Source: Novakomyces olei (Eukaryota). From it: a stretch of DNA of 64,000 nt. The notes under the pieces are model-generated. The model ran no database searches, was not told where the DNA came from, and was given only the letters and a program-made list of their open reading frames with translations. The stretch covers positions 2,542,001 through 2,606,000 of the forward strand of contig JADEYG010000007.1 of NCBI GenBank assembly GCA_016906335.1, written 5' to 3'. Below, one piece after another: positions 1 to 13,033 of this stretch. A program made the position numbers and the translations under genes. Every line of letters begins with the position of its first letter. The first letter of the stretch is position 1.

Positions 1-2
1 AA

Positions 3-269
3 GTCACGCAAAGTACTGCGATTGCCGCAGACAGTACTGCTACTCTGGACGGAACATTAATTTGGGATGAAAGCAAGATAAAGAGCACAGATCGACCTGC
101 TCTGAGAAAGTGGCGCCAGCGTTTAACTGACGGTGCCTCATTGCTTGGAAGCATAGACCATCAGTTGGCCAGGCAGGTCGCTGCAGAAACTGTAACTGGC
201 GTGCCTACAAGCTTGGCAGCACTACGGCTGCGTGGGCTACGAGAGTATGCCTTGCCTCCTCCAGAATGA
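3..269 (+). CDS. Probable 3' end of a CDS entering from the left edge (unknown product)
   Basis: Frame 3 is open from the window start to TGA at 267-269 (VTQSTAIAADSTATLDGTLIWDESKIK...YALPPPE*), followed by AT-richer sequence. Confidence 0.4.
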   Translation, partial: VTQSTAIAADSTATLDGTLIWDESKIKSTDRPALRKWRQRLTDGASLLGSIDHQLARQVAAETVTGVPTSLAALRLRGLREYALPPPE

Positions 270-586
270 AAAATTGCTAGATCAAGCCGGCATTAGGTTT
301 TGGATTTTACGTATTGTAGTATAGAATGTTTATACGGCTATAGCGCGATTGAATGGGTTGATTTCGTCAAGGAGTTTCTTTATTTGGCTTTAAATAATCA
401 AAAGTGTGAAACGTGGACTTGTATCAGTATGTATTTAAATTTGAAATTACACACGCCCGTACGTACAAACTTGGATTGTAAACGCATATATAGTTTGAGC
501 ATCTCGAGCCAGTTTCGAATGTGAGTGGCAATCATATACGCACGCGGACGCGCTGCCTTCCGATCATTCAACATGTAAATTCGGTA

Positions 587-674
<88 letters not shown>
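587..674. repeat. (TAT)n microsatellite, about 29 units
   Basis: Perfect trinucleotide run seen directly. Confidence 0.98.
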
Positions 675-1742
675 TACGATACAGAACTGTATAGATTTCC
701 AGTAGAAGCAAAATATATAATACTTGAACCAGACTTATATTCAAATCCCAATCCGGTAACGCGCCCTGTCAGCCTTGGACAGAGTCCGGCCGTTCGAGTA
801 AACGTGCTGTGATTCACGTTGGAGCTGTCAAAATAATGCTTTTTCCAAACGTGTAATCGTAGATTTTTTACCCCACGTATCAATGGATCTGTTTACGGGG
901 TAAACAGACCCGTTTGCGCTATGTAAATCCTTATCTGTCACCCTCAATCTGCTTTTCGTGTCACTCTGCAGCAGGCATCAGGCACTACGCCAAATCAATG
1001 CCCCTGAAATGAGCAGTAAGAAATTGATGGGCAAATTTTACACGTAAATGCACGCAAAGTTTATTGTACATAGGGCGCGGATCTCGTACTTGGCACGGGT
1101 TTCACGTGCGTCGCGTTCCCACGTAACATTTAGCCTGCACATTATAAACTACCGTGTTCCTGGAGCGGTACCGAATTTCTTGGAAACTTTTCAGGCTTAT
1201 AGATATTCGGCCCCGACATTGGAGTGTCAGCTTGTAATCTGCCTTTGTCCGTCCAATTGCTCTATTTTCTATTCTCTCCCTCTCCCTCTCCCTCTCTGTG
1301 TCCCTCTCCTTACTTTTTTCCCACTCTCCTCAAATACTTCGAATACTTGTAGAAAAACTTTGGAAAACACATACAAGCCCGCTATTTCTTACAGCCGTAA
1401 TTTTGGTTTAAAATTGTCACAAGCCCACACATACAATCGTGTGGCGCCAAGATTTGCGAAAAAAAGCACAGTCATTCCGTATCGGCGTCTATTCCGCCTT
1501 AACGACAACAGATCGGTGCAGAAACAGACTACCTCCGCTCGTTCTTTGATCTTTTGGTTCTTTGGCCTTTTCGCGCCCTCAATTGCCGGATACATATCGG
1601 TTTATTTGTCTATTTATCTCTCTCTGTATTTGTCCCCTGAACAGTGTCACGCGCCTCAACGTGGGCGCCACAACCGTCCCTTCGTGCTTGGATTTACAGG
1701 ATTTTCTTTCACTGCTTTACCCTCCATTGCCGCCGCTCGCTC

Positions 1743-3505
1743 ATGTCAAAACTGCTCGACGCGACAGAGGCCAGTTCGTCTATAGTCGCAGTATCGGCCG
1801 CTAATGGACTCGCCTACGGCCCCTCCGGAATCCGCGGAGTCTTCCATTCGCGGTACGTCGCTGCCTGTGCGATATTCGCGGCTATTGGTGGTCTTCTCTA
1901 CGGGTACGATCAGGGGTGTATATCCGTGATCCTTGTTATGCCCACGACCCGCGCGTACATGCCCATCCTTGACCAAGGCAGTATATACAAGGGAATCCTG
2001 ACTGCGCTTATTGAGCTCGGCGCACTGATAGGAGCCTTCAATACTGGCTGGCTGGCGGACAGGTTTTCGCGAAAATTGACCATCAGAATCGCTGTTGTCT
2101 GGTTCATTATTGGATCTGTGCTGCAGACTGCCGCTCAGGACTATGCAATGCTTGTGGTCGCTCGCTTCATCGGCGGTATCGGCATCGGCATCCTTTCTAC
2201 GGTTGCGCCACTGTACATGTCGGAGATTTCTTCTCCGGAAATAAGGGGGTCTTTGCTCGTGCTGGAAGAGTTTAACATTGTGCTGGGCATTGTCGTTGCT
2301 TACTGGATCACGTACGGAACCCGGTACTGGGAGACGTCAAATTGGTCTTGGCGGCTTCCTTTTCTACTGCAAATCTTACCCGGTCTCTTACTGGGCCTGG
2401 GGATTATGGTCTTCCCTTACTCACCCCGCTGGCTGGCTATGAAGCATAGAGACCAGGAATCCCTGAGTGCCCTTAGCCGTCTGCGAGAACTGCCTCCCTC
2501 TGATTCACGGGTGCAACAGGAATGGCTAGAAATCCGGGCAGAGACGGCTTTCCAGCAGGAAATGCAGATGCTCAGACACCCTAAGTGCTTTAAGTCGGGA
2601 AGCGGAGAAGCCAGAGCAATACGGCTAGACTTTGCTCTTTGGGCTGATTTGTTTAGACGCAAAACGATCCGTCGTACAATGGTCGGGGTTTTGCTCATGG
2701 CAGCACAGCAATACTCGAGTATAAACGCCCTTATTTACTATGCCCCTACTTTGTTTGAGCAACTAGGCTTTAATTATGATATGCAGCTTACTATGTCGGG
2801 TGTTCTCAACGTCCTCCAGCTGGTCGGAGTGGCACCGTGTATATTTTTCATGGATAAAATAGGCCGTCGGAAACTGCTGCTTTGGGGGCTTCTCATTATG
2901 ACGTTCAACTTGGTGGTTGTTGCTGTACTCGTTGGACTTTATAGCGATGCGTGGCAGCAGCATCAGGATAAAGCTTGGGCTTGTGTAGCCATGCTGTTTA
3001 TGTTTATGGTGTAAGTTGGGCACAAAATTATTTCGAAAACGCATCTTCATTTTTAACTTTATTAACAAATAGGACATTTGGTATGAGTTTGGGTCCCGTT
3101 GGCTGGGCCATGCCTGCAGAAATATTCCCTTCATCATTGCGGGCAAAAGGCGTTGCCATCTCCACGTGCTCGAATTGGCTAAATAATTTTGTGGTTGGCA
3201 TAATAACGCCTCCGCTTATCTCCAATACGGGCTATGGAACCTATGTCTTTTTCGGTACTTGCTGCTTCATTTCACTGATTTGGGTATATTTTCAGGTGCC
3301 GGAGACGGCACGTCTCACGTTGGAAGAAATCGACAAGGCTTTCGATGATCATTCAGGCCAACAAGACGAAGAACGCAAGAACGAGATTATGGCTCATTTG
3401 CTAAAGGACGCTGGTCTGATTGTTCGTCGTACTTCTGATGACCAACTTGTCTACGAAAGATGTGATTCTTCTGTGTGTGCCAGTTCGACACAGGATGCTT
3501 CTTGA
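1743..3505 (+). CDS. MFS sugar porter (hexose/quinate/polyol transporter-like), 1 intron (3011-3072)
   Basis: Motifs GGLLYGYDQG, ADRFSRK, PLYMSEIS..RG, PYSPRWL, QQYSSINALIYYAP, DKIGRR, GPVGWAMPAEIFP..LRAKG, VPET. Intron GTAAGT...TTAACAAATAG restores the frame. Confidence 0.95.
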
Positions 3506-3962
3506 GCAGCAGCATTTAAACTCGGGATGCTTTTCGTAGTTCAATGGATCAAGTCGGCAAGCAAGGGACTGCGTGATATAATTTGGCGCCGTTGCATATT
3601 TAATCACAGCGCGAATAGATGTATCGGGCTTGTACAACATGTGGTCGATAGGGAACGATACTAGATGGTCTGACTACCAAACAAAAAGAAGGATTAATGC
3701 TCTGAATTAATGGTTGAGACGAGCTGATTAAGCCGAGGCAGGGCTGAAGACAAGACCAGAATCGCTAGTGTCAAGGTATTTTAAGGCGTTTAATTACAAT
3801 GTCTATAATTCAATGTCTACAACGGCATTCAAATCAGTTGATGACTACCGCAATATGCGCATATTTTATTTTCACCGGGAAAAGCTTTGCTCTGATTGAA
3901 GAGTGAGCAAAGACAGTACGTATATTATAGGAATACCCCCTTTAGACGTGAAGGTATTATTT

Positions 3963-4004
3963 AATTAATAAATTAAAATTAATAAATTAAAATTAATAAA
4001 TTAA
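3963..4004. repeat. AT-only 14-bp tandem repeat (AATTAATAAATTAA x3)
   Basis: Three exact copies seen directly. Confidence 0.85.
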
Positions 4005-4350
4005 TAAACAACGGAGTTTATAATATTGACGGGTAATCATAATTTACATAGTATTAAAGTAACCGTCGGATAGTGTATATAATATGCACAGCTGAGAAGT
4101 CGGACAATGACTAGAGCGATTACTTTCCAAGTAATCATGCAGAATATGAAGAGAGGGCGGTACTGTGGATTAGTAATGCGAATATGTAAGACTCGGAGCT
4201 GTATACGTACCGATGGAATCCCCCGAGAATAGCGTCCCACCTCCGCTGTAAACCCTAATATTTATACCTACAGCGTATAATTATCCCAGGCGAAGAGCGC
4301 TTCTGTCCCAGTTTTCTTGTTCAGCTGCATTTTCCGGCACCAAACTCAAT

Positions 4351-4762
4351 ATGGCATCTGCCGCCCGCTCTACGTCGGTCTTTTCACGCTTTTGGAATTC
4401 ACCAGCTGGCCCTAAAACTGTTCATTTTTGGGCTCCAGTGATGAAGGTACAACGACCATTTGTTGAGTAGAAATTTAAGGCTGATCGTTGTTTAGTGGGG
4501 TCTCGTGTTGGCGGGTATTGGCGATTTTGCCCGTCCAGCGTCTGCGCTTTCTGCATCACAGAATGCAGCGCTCACTGCTACTGGTGCGATTTGGACACGG
4601 TGGAGTTTTGTGATTCGTCCCAAGAATTATTTGCTGGCCACAGTGAACTTCTTCCTCATGTGCGTGGGATCAACGCAGCTAGTTCGTATTGCCCTCTATC
4701 AGCGTGAGCAGAAAAAGCTGCTGGCTCAAGAGAGCACGACAAGGACAATCGCAAGCTCGTAG
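4351..4762 (+). CDS. MPC2: Mitochondrial pyruvate carrier subunit (MPC2/MPC3 type), 1 intron (4447-4495)
   Basis: Spliced protein ...FWNSPAGPKTVHFWAPVMK|WGLVLAGIGDFARPA...ATGAIWTRWSFVIRPKNYLLATVNFF, the MPC2 signature. Confidence 0.93.
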
Positions 4763-5357
4763 AGATTGGAAGAGTGCTATTTAATGACCCATTTGGCTGC
4801 CCGCGTTGGAGGTACTATGTGCCGGATCACATATTGCTGCGATAGTGTATCGTTTTGCGCCCAAGAATGAGAACAAGGCCTATTATTTACACGACATGGA
4901 AACGATTGTTTAGCCAGAATTATGGGCGTAAATTCGTGACGCTCTAAACCATGCAGTAAACATGCTTCAGCGCGCGGCAAGTATGTACCAAGTTTTGTTT
5001 ATCATTTATAAACGTGTTGCGAATCAAGTCAGATTTTCAAAATATAATGCAATCCCATAAGAGTCTATAGTCCCCACATTGTGTCAGACTGCACTTTTGA
5101 TTACGGAAACGGCCACAATTCAAGGGTAACAAAGGTTCAAAATCTGTATTAGCACACAAGTCTAGTAAATCCAAATGGTCCACTGACGACCGCGCACACA
5201 AATGAGCCTGAGCGATCATAATCATTGAAGTAGGGTAATATTTTGTTTCGTGTATGACACTCATTGTCAATGTGAGGATAAAAAGTCTCAAATTTAACAT
5301 GAAAGCCAACTATCATGTCCAGTCTCTAAAGACAATGCCACCATTTCGTAGCCTAAT

Positions 5358-5808
5358 TTACATAATGATTTTGGACAACTCAGTCTCGATCTCCTTGTCA
5401 GACTTGTTGTCGATATCAAGTTGCTGCTCCTTTCCGAACTCTGTGCACAAATTGTTAGTCAACGAAATAACAGATCTATAACCTACCGAAACGAGCAAAT
5501 GCCCTGGCCGGAGTGCCAAATGCTTCCCGGACCAAAATGGGAACATTCGGGTTGTGCTTTTTCATGGTCGGATAGCTGCGAGATAGGAATTCACGGGCGC
5601 CTTGGCTCGCAGATCCAGTCTGGCACAGAAGAAATCGTATCTGTATACCATGTTAGTAACGAAGCAATGAATTACACTGAATTCTGGCGGTCTTTGGACA
5701 GCTAGCAGCCTGCCCGAAGAGTAAAGTCTAAACAATATTTTGCCATTTCGGCCGCAAGACGCAACTTACTTCCTTCAAGCCTTGTGCAAATTTATATTTG
5801 GTCGCCAT
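5358..5808 (-). CDS. NDUFA2: NADH:ubiquinone oxidoreductase B8/10.5 kDa subunit (NDUFA2/NI8M), 2 introns (5641-5769, 5441-5486)
   Basis: Spliced protein MATKYKFAQGLKE|IRFLLCQTGSASQGAREFLSRSYPTMKKHNPNVPILVREAFGTPARAFARFE|FGKEQQLDIDNKSDKEIETELSKIIM*. GTAAGT/GTAGGT donors with CTAAC branch sites. Confidence 0.92.
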
Positions 5809-7152
5809 TGTGTTTGCTGCTTGTCAGCGTGCCTGCCAATAGTAAAGAAATCAAAGCTGCTTCGCTGATAGCTGATAGAAAACCCTACATGAGTGTACTG
5901 GAAAACCCTATAAAAATAGAGCTGTAGTGGGCTTCAAACCAGGCTCGTAACATTACATAGAGGATCCTGCTTGACGGATAAATATATTACGTAACATTAC
6001 ATCACGGGAATGTTTGAATATCATACGCCCGACAACATTAAAAACTAATTAATACATCGGGCGTGAAACTCATTGAACTGCTACAACATTCATTCTTGCG
6101 CGTAACCTACAGTAGGAAGGAGAATGGAATCCTTTTCGCTTTATGAGGCACCACTGGATTTTGTCTCAATCGCAATATTTGATTAGCCAAAGGGTACGCC
6201 CATAAGCAGCCACAAATAGAATTATTCTGATTGATAGAATAGCGCTGCAACTATCCAGCCAAAAATAAATTCATGTATGAACGAACAAATGATTGTAAAA
6301 AAAGTCGCTGAATGCCGCAACGAATAGACGTACTATCGGAACGGATTTTTGACACGTGGGTTTTTCCAAAGCAATCGCCACAAAAGGACAATGGCGGGAA
6401 AACAACGCTGTATGTAGACGGGTGTCTAAGTGATGTCGAAATAATCTATAATTCCTCATTACATTAAGCAATGGTATTATAGATGGTGAGATAGATATTC
6501 ACGTTCTTCCCTGAGCTTCATACGTATAGGGATCTCATTATATTATAGGGACAAGCCGATCGATACCGGAAATGGAAGCAGAATCACAAGCCAATGATAA
6601 TATTGGGCAATGCTGCTTTTCGTTGAACGAGCTTCTTTGTGAAAGCCTTCTTGACTTTTGAGAACAAATGGAAAAATTGCAGTTTGAAGGACAAAAGCGC
6701 CTAAAAGACTAACAGAGGTTTGTGAGCGATACGGTCTTCTCCACATCCAATGATTCTTTTATGTTTATTGGTATTATTTGCCGCTCGAGATAGTCGCATT
6801 TAGCCTAGTAGAACGTGTGCAATTAATAAATAGAAATATGAATTGAATGAAATTATAAAGCAAATTAGTATACCGTATCATAGAGCCCCTATAAAACAAT
6901 ATTGGGCACACACAGGCATATGCAAACAACCAAACGGAGGTGAGAAAGTTCGGAGGCACTGAGATCCGGATAAGTCTTTTTGGCACTGTGAGTCTCATAA
7001 AAAATAGGTTCCTTTAACGTACACAAAGCTATCAGACTCATTACTTTGCGCATAGCCGATCAGAGCTCACGTTCTTGGCCAACTTAATCCTTTCCCACTC
7101 AAAGGGTCACGCACTATCCACACGTGCCGTTATCTGAAATCTTATTTCAATC

Positions 7153-8239
7153 ATGGTGAACAGCGGAAAAAAAGGCTCGAACAGCGAGCCGACTTCGAAC
7201 AGCAAAGCGCTGTCGCGGATCGCTTCTTATCCTATGGTATCTGCCGCGTGTGACTATGTCTCGCAGAATCATAGTAAAACTGCGGAATACATTTCCCGCG
7301 CTTATGCCAAGTCAGCAGAGCTGGCAAAGGTATCGCTTTTTTAATTTAATTTATTTTGATAAATTAAATTAAATTCAATTAAATTAATTAAATTGATTTT
7401 TTCATTTATTTTTTTATTTATATTTAGATCTGTTTTTGTTTCTTTATTCCTAACCTATTTCGCGACTGCTTGGACTGAGCCTACCTTTGAGATATCTTTT
7501 GTTCCTGATTCTACCTTGTTCCACCCGCTATTCCGTGCAACCAGATTTTATATTAACCCTCTAGCCTATTTCTCCTTATGTCGCTAAAATGGACGGCGTG
7601 GCTGATTCTGTACTGGCAAAAGCCGAAACGTTTGTGCCCGTTGTAAAGGAGGACACGGCGACTCTGCGCCGCCGTGTTCGTGAGCCTATTGAACAGTACC
7701 ATGCTGCAGTTGACCAGGCCAAGACGAGTGCAGCAGATACTCGTGCAAAATATGTTGATCCCGTTTTGCACGATAAAGTTGACCCAGTTTTGGCACCTTA
7801 CAATGACAAGGCGGAAGAGGTTTTGGATCGCCAGCTGCCACTTAAAGTAAGCTATGGAAAGGGCAAACAAAACGGAACCGCGAAGCACGCAACATCGAAC
7901 GGGTATACAGAACCTTCTCAGATTGTTCGCTCGTTTTTGTTGCTTTTCTCTCTTCTTCCTCGTCTGCAGCAACGATTTTTGAACCCTGACCGACCTAATT
8001 CCGTTGCCGCAACAGCTTGTTCTTCCATGGATTATGTTCGTGGTCTCTACAACTCCGAGTACTCCGCCGCAGGATCACCTTCTTCTCTGAAAGGTTATGC
8101 TGTAGTTTTTACAAATACGCTTGTCGCCTTGGGCCAGGCTTCGTTTGCCCGACTTAGAGGTCAAAATTCATCTTCGGCTCCATCTTCCTCTGCTCGCAAG
8201 GACACAAAGACACCGGATAGTGCCAAAAAGCACGCCTAG
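7153..8239 (+). CDS. Fungal perilipin (CAP20/Mpl1/Pet10-like lipid droplet protein), 1 intron (7330-7564)
   Basis: N-terminal SKALSRIASYPMVS...PISPYVAKMDGVADSVLAKAETFVPVVK resembles the fungal perilipin PAT-like region. Confidence 0.78.
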
Positions 8240-8845
8240 AGATTTGGATGTTGAAGAATGGATATTCGGATTTTGGTGCGAGGATTTTATTTATTTACAA
8301 CTTGGAGATTATGATGTCATGGTGGATACTTTTGTTCCCGAGACGGAGACCATTATTCTAATTTATGGGTTTCTTGAATTTTCTTTATTGTTATATAGTT
8401 TTCTAATATTTTTTTGTCCCAATGTTTATTACCATTTTGCCTCTTCTATGCTCTATTTGTTTTGCCTTGATTTGATTTGGCTTGTTTTTTCTGTTGCTCA
8501 TTTTTTTCGATTAATAGCTTCCAGTTGATTGAATCGAGTGTAATGAGTTCATCTTTATTTATCGCAACGGTATTCGTTTAGACTGCAGCTTTGATAGTTC
8601 AAGTAAGCCAATTTTGGGTGACCCATCCTTACAGGCTGAATCTGCCATCAACCGTTTGGTCATAAAAAAGAAGTTGACTAACCCATGAAAAGATAACCCT
8701 AACCCTAACCGATATTAAATTATCGTAAAAAGCGTAGTGTGTTAAGCCATGTAAATAATAACCGTGTACACACGTTGTATTTTTTAGATTGTTAGCTGTA
8801 CGCCTTTCGTGTTTGCGGGGAACTCTATCCCGGCTTCTTTTAGAA

Positions 8846-10627
8846 ATGGACGCCGGTTTAGAAGAAGAAGACGAATACTTACGTAAAAGGCGACGAATAT
8901 CTATAGCGTGCAGACTCTGTCGTGAGCGTAAAAGACGCTGCGATGGCGAATCGCCATGTGACAATTGCCGAGCGCTCAAGGTACCGTGCGAATACCCCGA
9001 CCAAAATCGTTATATTAAAGGCAAACGTACAAAATTGGACGAAGTTCTCGATCATATAGGGGCAATTGAAGAGCGGTTGAAGGCAATTGAACCGACTACG
9101 AATGGGGGAAAACCCTACCGTGGACCAGGACCAGGTGGCGCAGCTGGGAGTGGATCTGGAGCGGGCACTAGTGCCGCTGGATCTCATGATGCGCATGACT
9201 TTACTGACGATTTTATATTGGCCCGTATACCGGTGGGACACGAAAGCTCTACGGAGCAAGTCATGGAGTGGAAAACGGCACGCAAGTACCTTGAGCTCCC
9301 CCAGTGTTATCGGCCAGTATTCGTACTGGAAAGTACCCGTGAGACTTTGGCTTTTAGTACTGATTTAGCAGCGGCCCCGAGTAGAATAACGCCTCTGGAA
9401 GGTGAAGCGCTGTTGCAGCGATACGAGATGTCTGTCAACTATTGGTTCCCGGTGGTACGTCATTCGTCCGCACTTTTTTATGTACGGGCTGCTTGCCGGT
9501 ACGATGGTAGTGTCCCGCCGACTTATGATGTTTTGTTTGGCCGACTATTGTGTACGCTGGGACTGGCTTCTCGGCAAACAAAGGCCTATTACTCCCCATC
9601 GTCCGCTACTAGTGCTAGTAAAGAGTTTTGGGACAAGACTAATGTTACAATGATGCAAGTCTTTGATTCCACCCGACCTCTCGTCGCCATGGCGCTTGAT
9701 CTGTTTGACTCAAGCTCGGCTTCCTGCTTGTTTCTAGTGGCAATATGCTTTCTGTACTTGCAGCGTCCGCTGCAGGCCTGGACTTTTATCAATCATGTGG
9801 CGACCCGTGTAATTTTCCTACTGAACCAGCAAGATGCTGATGCTGAAGTACTGCGCCGATTGTTCTGGGCCTGTTACAACATTGAGGGCGATCTAGTTTC
9901 GGAGCTCGGCCGGCTTCCGCAAAGCGGTGTTGCCGAACTCGAAGCTAGCACTCCGCTGCCTGGTGAATTGGAAACTCATTCAACACCAAAGCAGTCACAG
10001 GAGGTCACTGTATATTTCTTGGCGTGCATTTCCATTCGACGCTTGCTTAATCGTGCTCATTTCCTATTGTTTGGAACAAAGGAAAGATCAAACACGCTCT
10101 CGCCTAATATTGTGGTTGAATTGGAACACGAATTAATTCAATGGCGAGAACTATTGCCACCTTGGCTCCAGTTTACAGAGGATTTAGAGCCACCGCAAAA
10201 CGAGCACGCCGGGTTTATTCGACAACGATTTCTCACCTGTAAATCGCTGATTTTTAGACCGTATTTTTACACCTTACTGCGGTCTCCTTCCGGTACAGTG
10301 GTGGGCGATGCTTTGGAGTGTTGTGGGGACTGTTTGCGTGCAAGTTGCCTACATATTGCAAACTTGCAGAGTTACGAACAAACCGTTTTTATCGATAGTT
10401 GGATTTGTGCTTTATCCATGACGTCGACCATGCTAATCTTAGTCTCCGCAATTGATCGGGCCGAGACAAAGAGTTATGTGCCCCATTATGCTGCCGATTT
10501 TGGCCGTAAGCTTACTCGTTTTTTCCATGATTGCATATCCTTGACTCCGGAAAAATCGCCTACTATTATACAGTGCATACGGGTCATTGAGCGTATCGGG
10601 TCCATTATAGAGATGACAGGTGTATGA
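8846..10627 (+). CDS. Zn(II)2Cys6 transcription factor
   Basis: ACRLCRERKRRCDGESPCDNCRALKVPCEY zinc cluster plus middle homology region (RRLFWACYNIE). First ATG at 8846. Confidence 0.93.
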   Translation: MDAGLEEEDEYLRKRRRISIACRLCRERKRRCDGESPCDNCRALKVPCEYPDQNRYIKGKRTKLDEVLDHIGAIEERLKAIEPTTNGGKPYRGPGPGGAAGSGSGAGTSAAGSHDAHDFTDDFILARIPVGHESSTEQVMEWKTARKYLELPQCYRPVFVLESTRETLAFSTDLAAAPSRITPLEGEALLQRYEMSVNYWFPVVRHSSALFYVRAACRYDGSVPPTYDVLFGRLLCTLGLASRQTKAYYSPSSATSASKEFWDKTNVTMMQVFDSTRPLVAMALDLFDSSSASCLFLVAICFLYLQRPLQAWTFINHVATRVIFLLNQQDADAEVLRRLFWACYNIEGDLVSELGRLPQSGVAELEASTPLPGELETHSTPKQSQEVTVYFLACISIRRLLNRAHFLLFGTKERSNTLSPNIVVELEHELIQWRELLPPWLQFTEDLEPPQNEHAGFIRQRFLTCKSLIFRPYFYTLLRSPSGTVVGDALECCGDCLRASCLHIANLQSYEQTVFIDSWICALSMTSTMLILVSAIDRAETKSYVPHYAADFGRKLTRFFHDCISLTPEKSPTIIQCIRVIERIGSIIEMTGV

Positions 10628-11491
10628 GGGTATTGATGATTTATGATTTATGATTTATGATTGATTGTAAATAATATATGTTAAATAAAAAAATGTACTA
10701 TATAGGAATAAGAATAGAAAAATAGAATACAAAGAATTTTAGGCGTAAATCAATAATGATAATTACAAATAAAAGAAATGCTACCATTCTAGGGTTAATT
10801 AGGGTTTATAATATTTTATTTAATAGTCTCGATATAATTATTATACTATGTGCGGGGTCAAAAACGGACAGAAAATCGAGTTTTATCGCAAACACATGAA
10901 TCCAGCAGAGCCTGGGCCCGGCTTATAACACAACATGCCTAGCTATTATTGCGTAAGTCTTTGCGACTAGCGTATGGCTAATATATAGCTATGCTCTCAG
11001 TTTGTGCTGTCTTCGCAAACTGAATTAGATCGGCTTCCAAAGCGAAAAGCCGACAATGCTTACGTTCTTGATCCACGCGTGGTCTCGGTTGCGCCGAGCA
11101 ATGCGCTTGAAGAACGTCGCTTTGTCATGAAATGGTATTCCAGTAAACTTAAGACGAAGAGCAGAAAGAAGGAAATTGCTGTTTTATCACAGAGATCAAA
11201 ATTTTAATAAAAAGGCCGGATGGGTACGAAACGCGAACAGCACGACGGTGCCCTCGTTGCCGTCTTGATATATTTTACCGACTGGAAGATCAGCCTTACA
11301 TTTACATTTGTGAAGGTGCGGTTGTAGATCACACTCGGGAAGCCGTCCAATCACCAAAACTGCCTTCTAATTCGGCAGTTTCAACTTGATTAGGACGAAT
11401 ATTTAGGTGTTTATTAAATGGCGCAAGGTGGGGGTTTCTCTGCTATTGAAGTATTTGAAGTTTCTACTGCCTGTTCCATCGCGCTCTCCTG

Positions 11492-13033
11492 CTAGTCCAC
11501 ATCAGCCCTTCGACCAGATAGGAGATCGGCTTCGTGTGAACGAACAAAGCGAGTACGGAATACCATCTTGTAGACAATGTAAATAGCAAAAAACAAGGGA
11601 AGCAAAATGTAAGCATCCACAAACTCACCAGCATTAAAAGGACTCAGGGTAGTCCAACCCTGGACAAGAGCGAGAAAAGCATTGGAAAATAGACCAAAAT
11701 AAGCGCTGTAAGGATAAAACAGAGACTGGAAAGGCAACTGTGTAACAGAGTAGCCTTGTGCAGCCCAAGCTTTGCGGAACCGTAAATGCGTAAAAGCTAT
11801 TGAGGCCCAAACGAGAAACGTGGAAACACCAGACAGATTAACGATATACGCGTAAGCTTTGGAGGCACCTGTACTAATATTCATCAAAGCCAGAGCTCCA
11901 AACAAGTTAGCCAGTACAACAGCGGCCACAGGGACTCCACGGCCGTTCGTCCTGCCTAAAATCATGGGGGCCATACCATTTTGACCCATGTATAGTAGAG
12001 TACGAGACCCGATATAAATTGAGCTGTTAATCGCAGAAATGCACGTGACCAGGATGAAAGAATTAACGAGATGTACGCCACCTTTGCTCCACCCCGCATT
12101 TTGGATGGCAATAGTGATCGGCGACATGAGAGCACGTGACGATCCTCCGGCCAAGCGGTCATCTTTGCTGCTAACGGTGAGGCCGAAAAAAAACGCGGAG
12201 CCGAGGTAGATAAAAACAATACGGAAAAGTACCTGTCGAATGGCTTTTGGCACGGCCACACTCGGATTACGTAATTCGGCGCTCGCGATACTAACGGACT
12301 CGCATCCAGAGTAAAATGTGGCGCAGTACACAAACACTTGTGCGACGCCACGGAAGCCGTGGGGAAAAGCACCCGGATTGTGCCAGTACTGAAACCCGAC
12401 AGCGTGGGCCTGCCCACGGATGCCACCAGACACATAAATGAGAGAGAAGATAAAGTAGGCCAGCAATCCCAGGATCTTGACTAAAGCGAGCCAAAACTCG
12501 GCCTCGCCAAAGGCTTCTACGCCCAGGAATTGGAAGGCCAAGAAAGTACTCCACAAAATCAGCCACCACCCCCAAATCGGCACGGCACCCGTCCAGAACG
12601 TGAGGATGCTACAAATAGTATTGTACTCATTTGACAGGACGGCAGCCCACACGACAAAGTAATTCCATCCCACGGCACAGGCAAAGGCCACATCTACGTA
12701 ATCTTTGGCGTGCTTTATAAAACTACCCGCGGGAGCTGCGGTGGATAATTCGCCCAGGCTGTTCATCATACTCCAGGCGATTATACCAATTGAACCAAAG
12801 CCAATTATCAAGGCAGCAGGGCCACCACTACGCAATGCTCCGCCGGCACCAACGAGCAAGCCGGGACCGATAATTCCTGCCAGACTCAGCATTGATAAAT
12901 GCCGAGTACTTAGACCGCGTTTTACCCCAGATTCTGGGTCTAATTGCGGTAGATCATTTTCGCTGGCTGCACTGGAACAACTGGTACTCTGAGTCAGCAC
13001 AGCCTGCTCTTCTTCTACCTCTGGCTTCCCCAT
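11492..13033 (-). CDS. Amino acid permease (APC superfamily, yeast YAT family)
   Basis: KRGLSTRHLSMLSLAGIIGPGLLVG, FGEAEFW, ELRNP..AVPKA, NSSIYIGSR and 12-TM pattern. First ATG at 13033 (the ORF track starts on GTG). Confidence 0.95.
   Translation of the reverse strand: MGKPEVEEEQAVLTQSTSCSSAASENDLPQLDPESGVKRGLSTRHLSMLSLAGIIGPGLLVGAGGALRSGGPAALIIGFGSIGIIAWSMMNSLGELSTAAPAGSFIKHAKDYVDVAFACAVGWNYFVVWAAVLSNEYNTICSILTFWTGAVPIWGWWLILWSTFLAFQFLGVEAFGEAEFWLALVKILGLLAYFIFSLIYVSGGIRGQAHAVGFQYWHNPGAFPHGFRGVAQVFVYCATFYSGCESVSIASAELRNPSVAVPKAIRQVLFRIVFIYLGSAFFFGLTVSSKDDRLAGGSSRALMSPITIAIQNAGWSKGGVHLVNSFILVTCISAINSSIYIGSRTLLYMGQNGMAPMILGRTNGRGVPVAAVVLANLFGALALMNISTGASKAYAYIVNLSGVSTFLVWASIAFTHLRFRKAWAAQGYSVTQLPFQSLFYPYSAYFGLFSNAFLALVQGWTTLSPFNAGEFVDAYILLPLFFAIYIVYKMVFRTRFVRSHEADLLSGRRADVD

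Noticed and set aside
1048-1785. 245-aa ORF upstream of the sugar porter
   Set aside because: It spans low-complexity CT-rich promoter sequence, has no recognisable motif and overlaps the transporter start out of frame.
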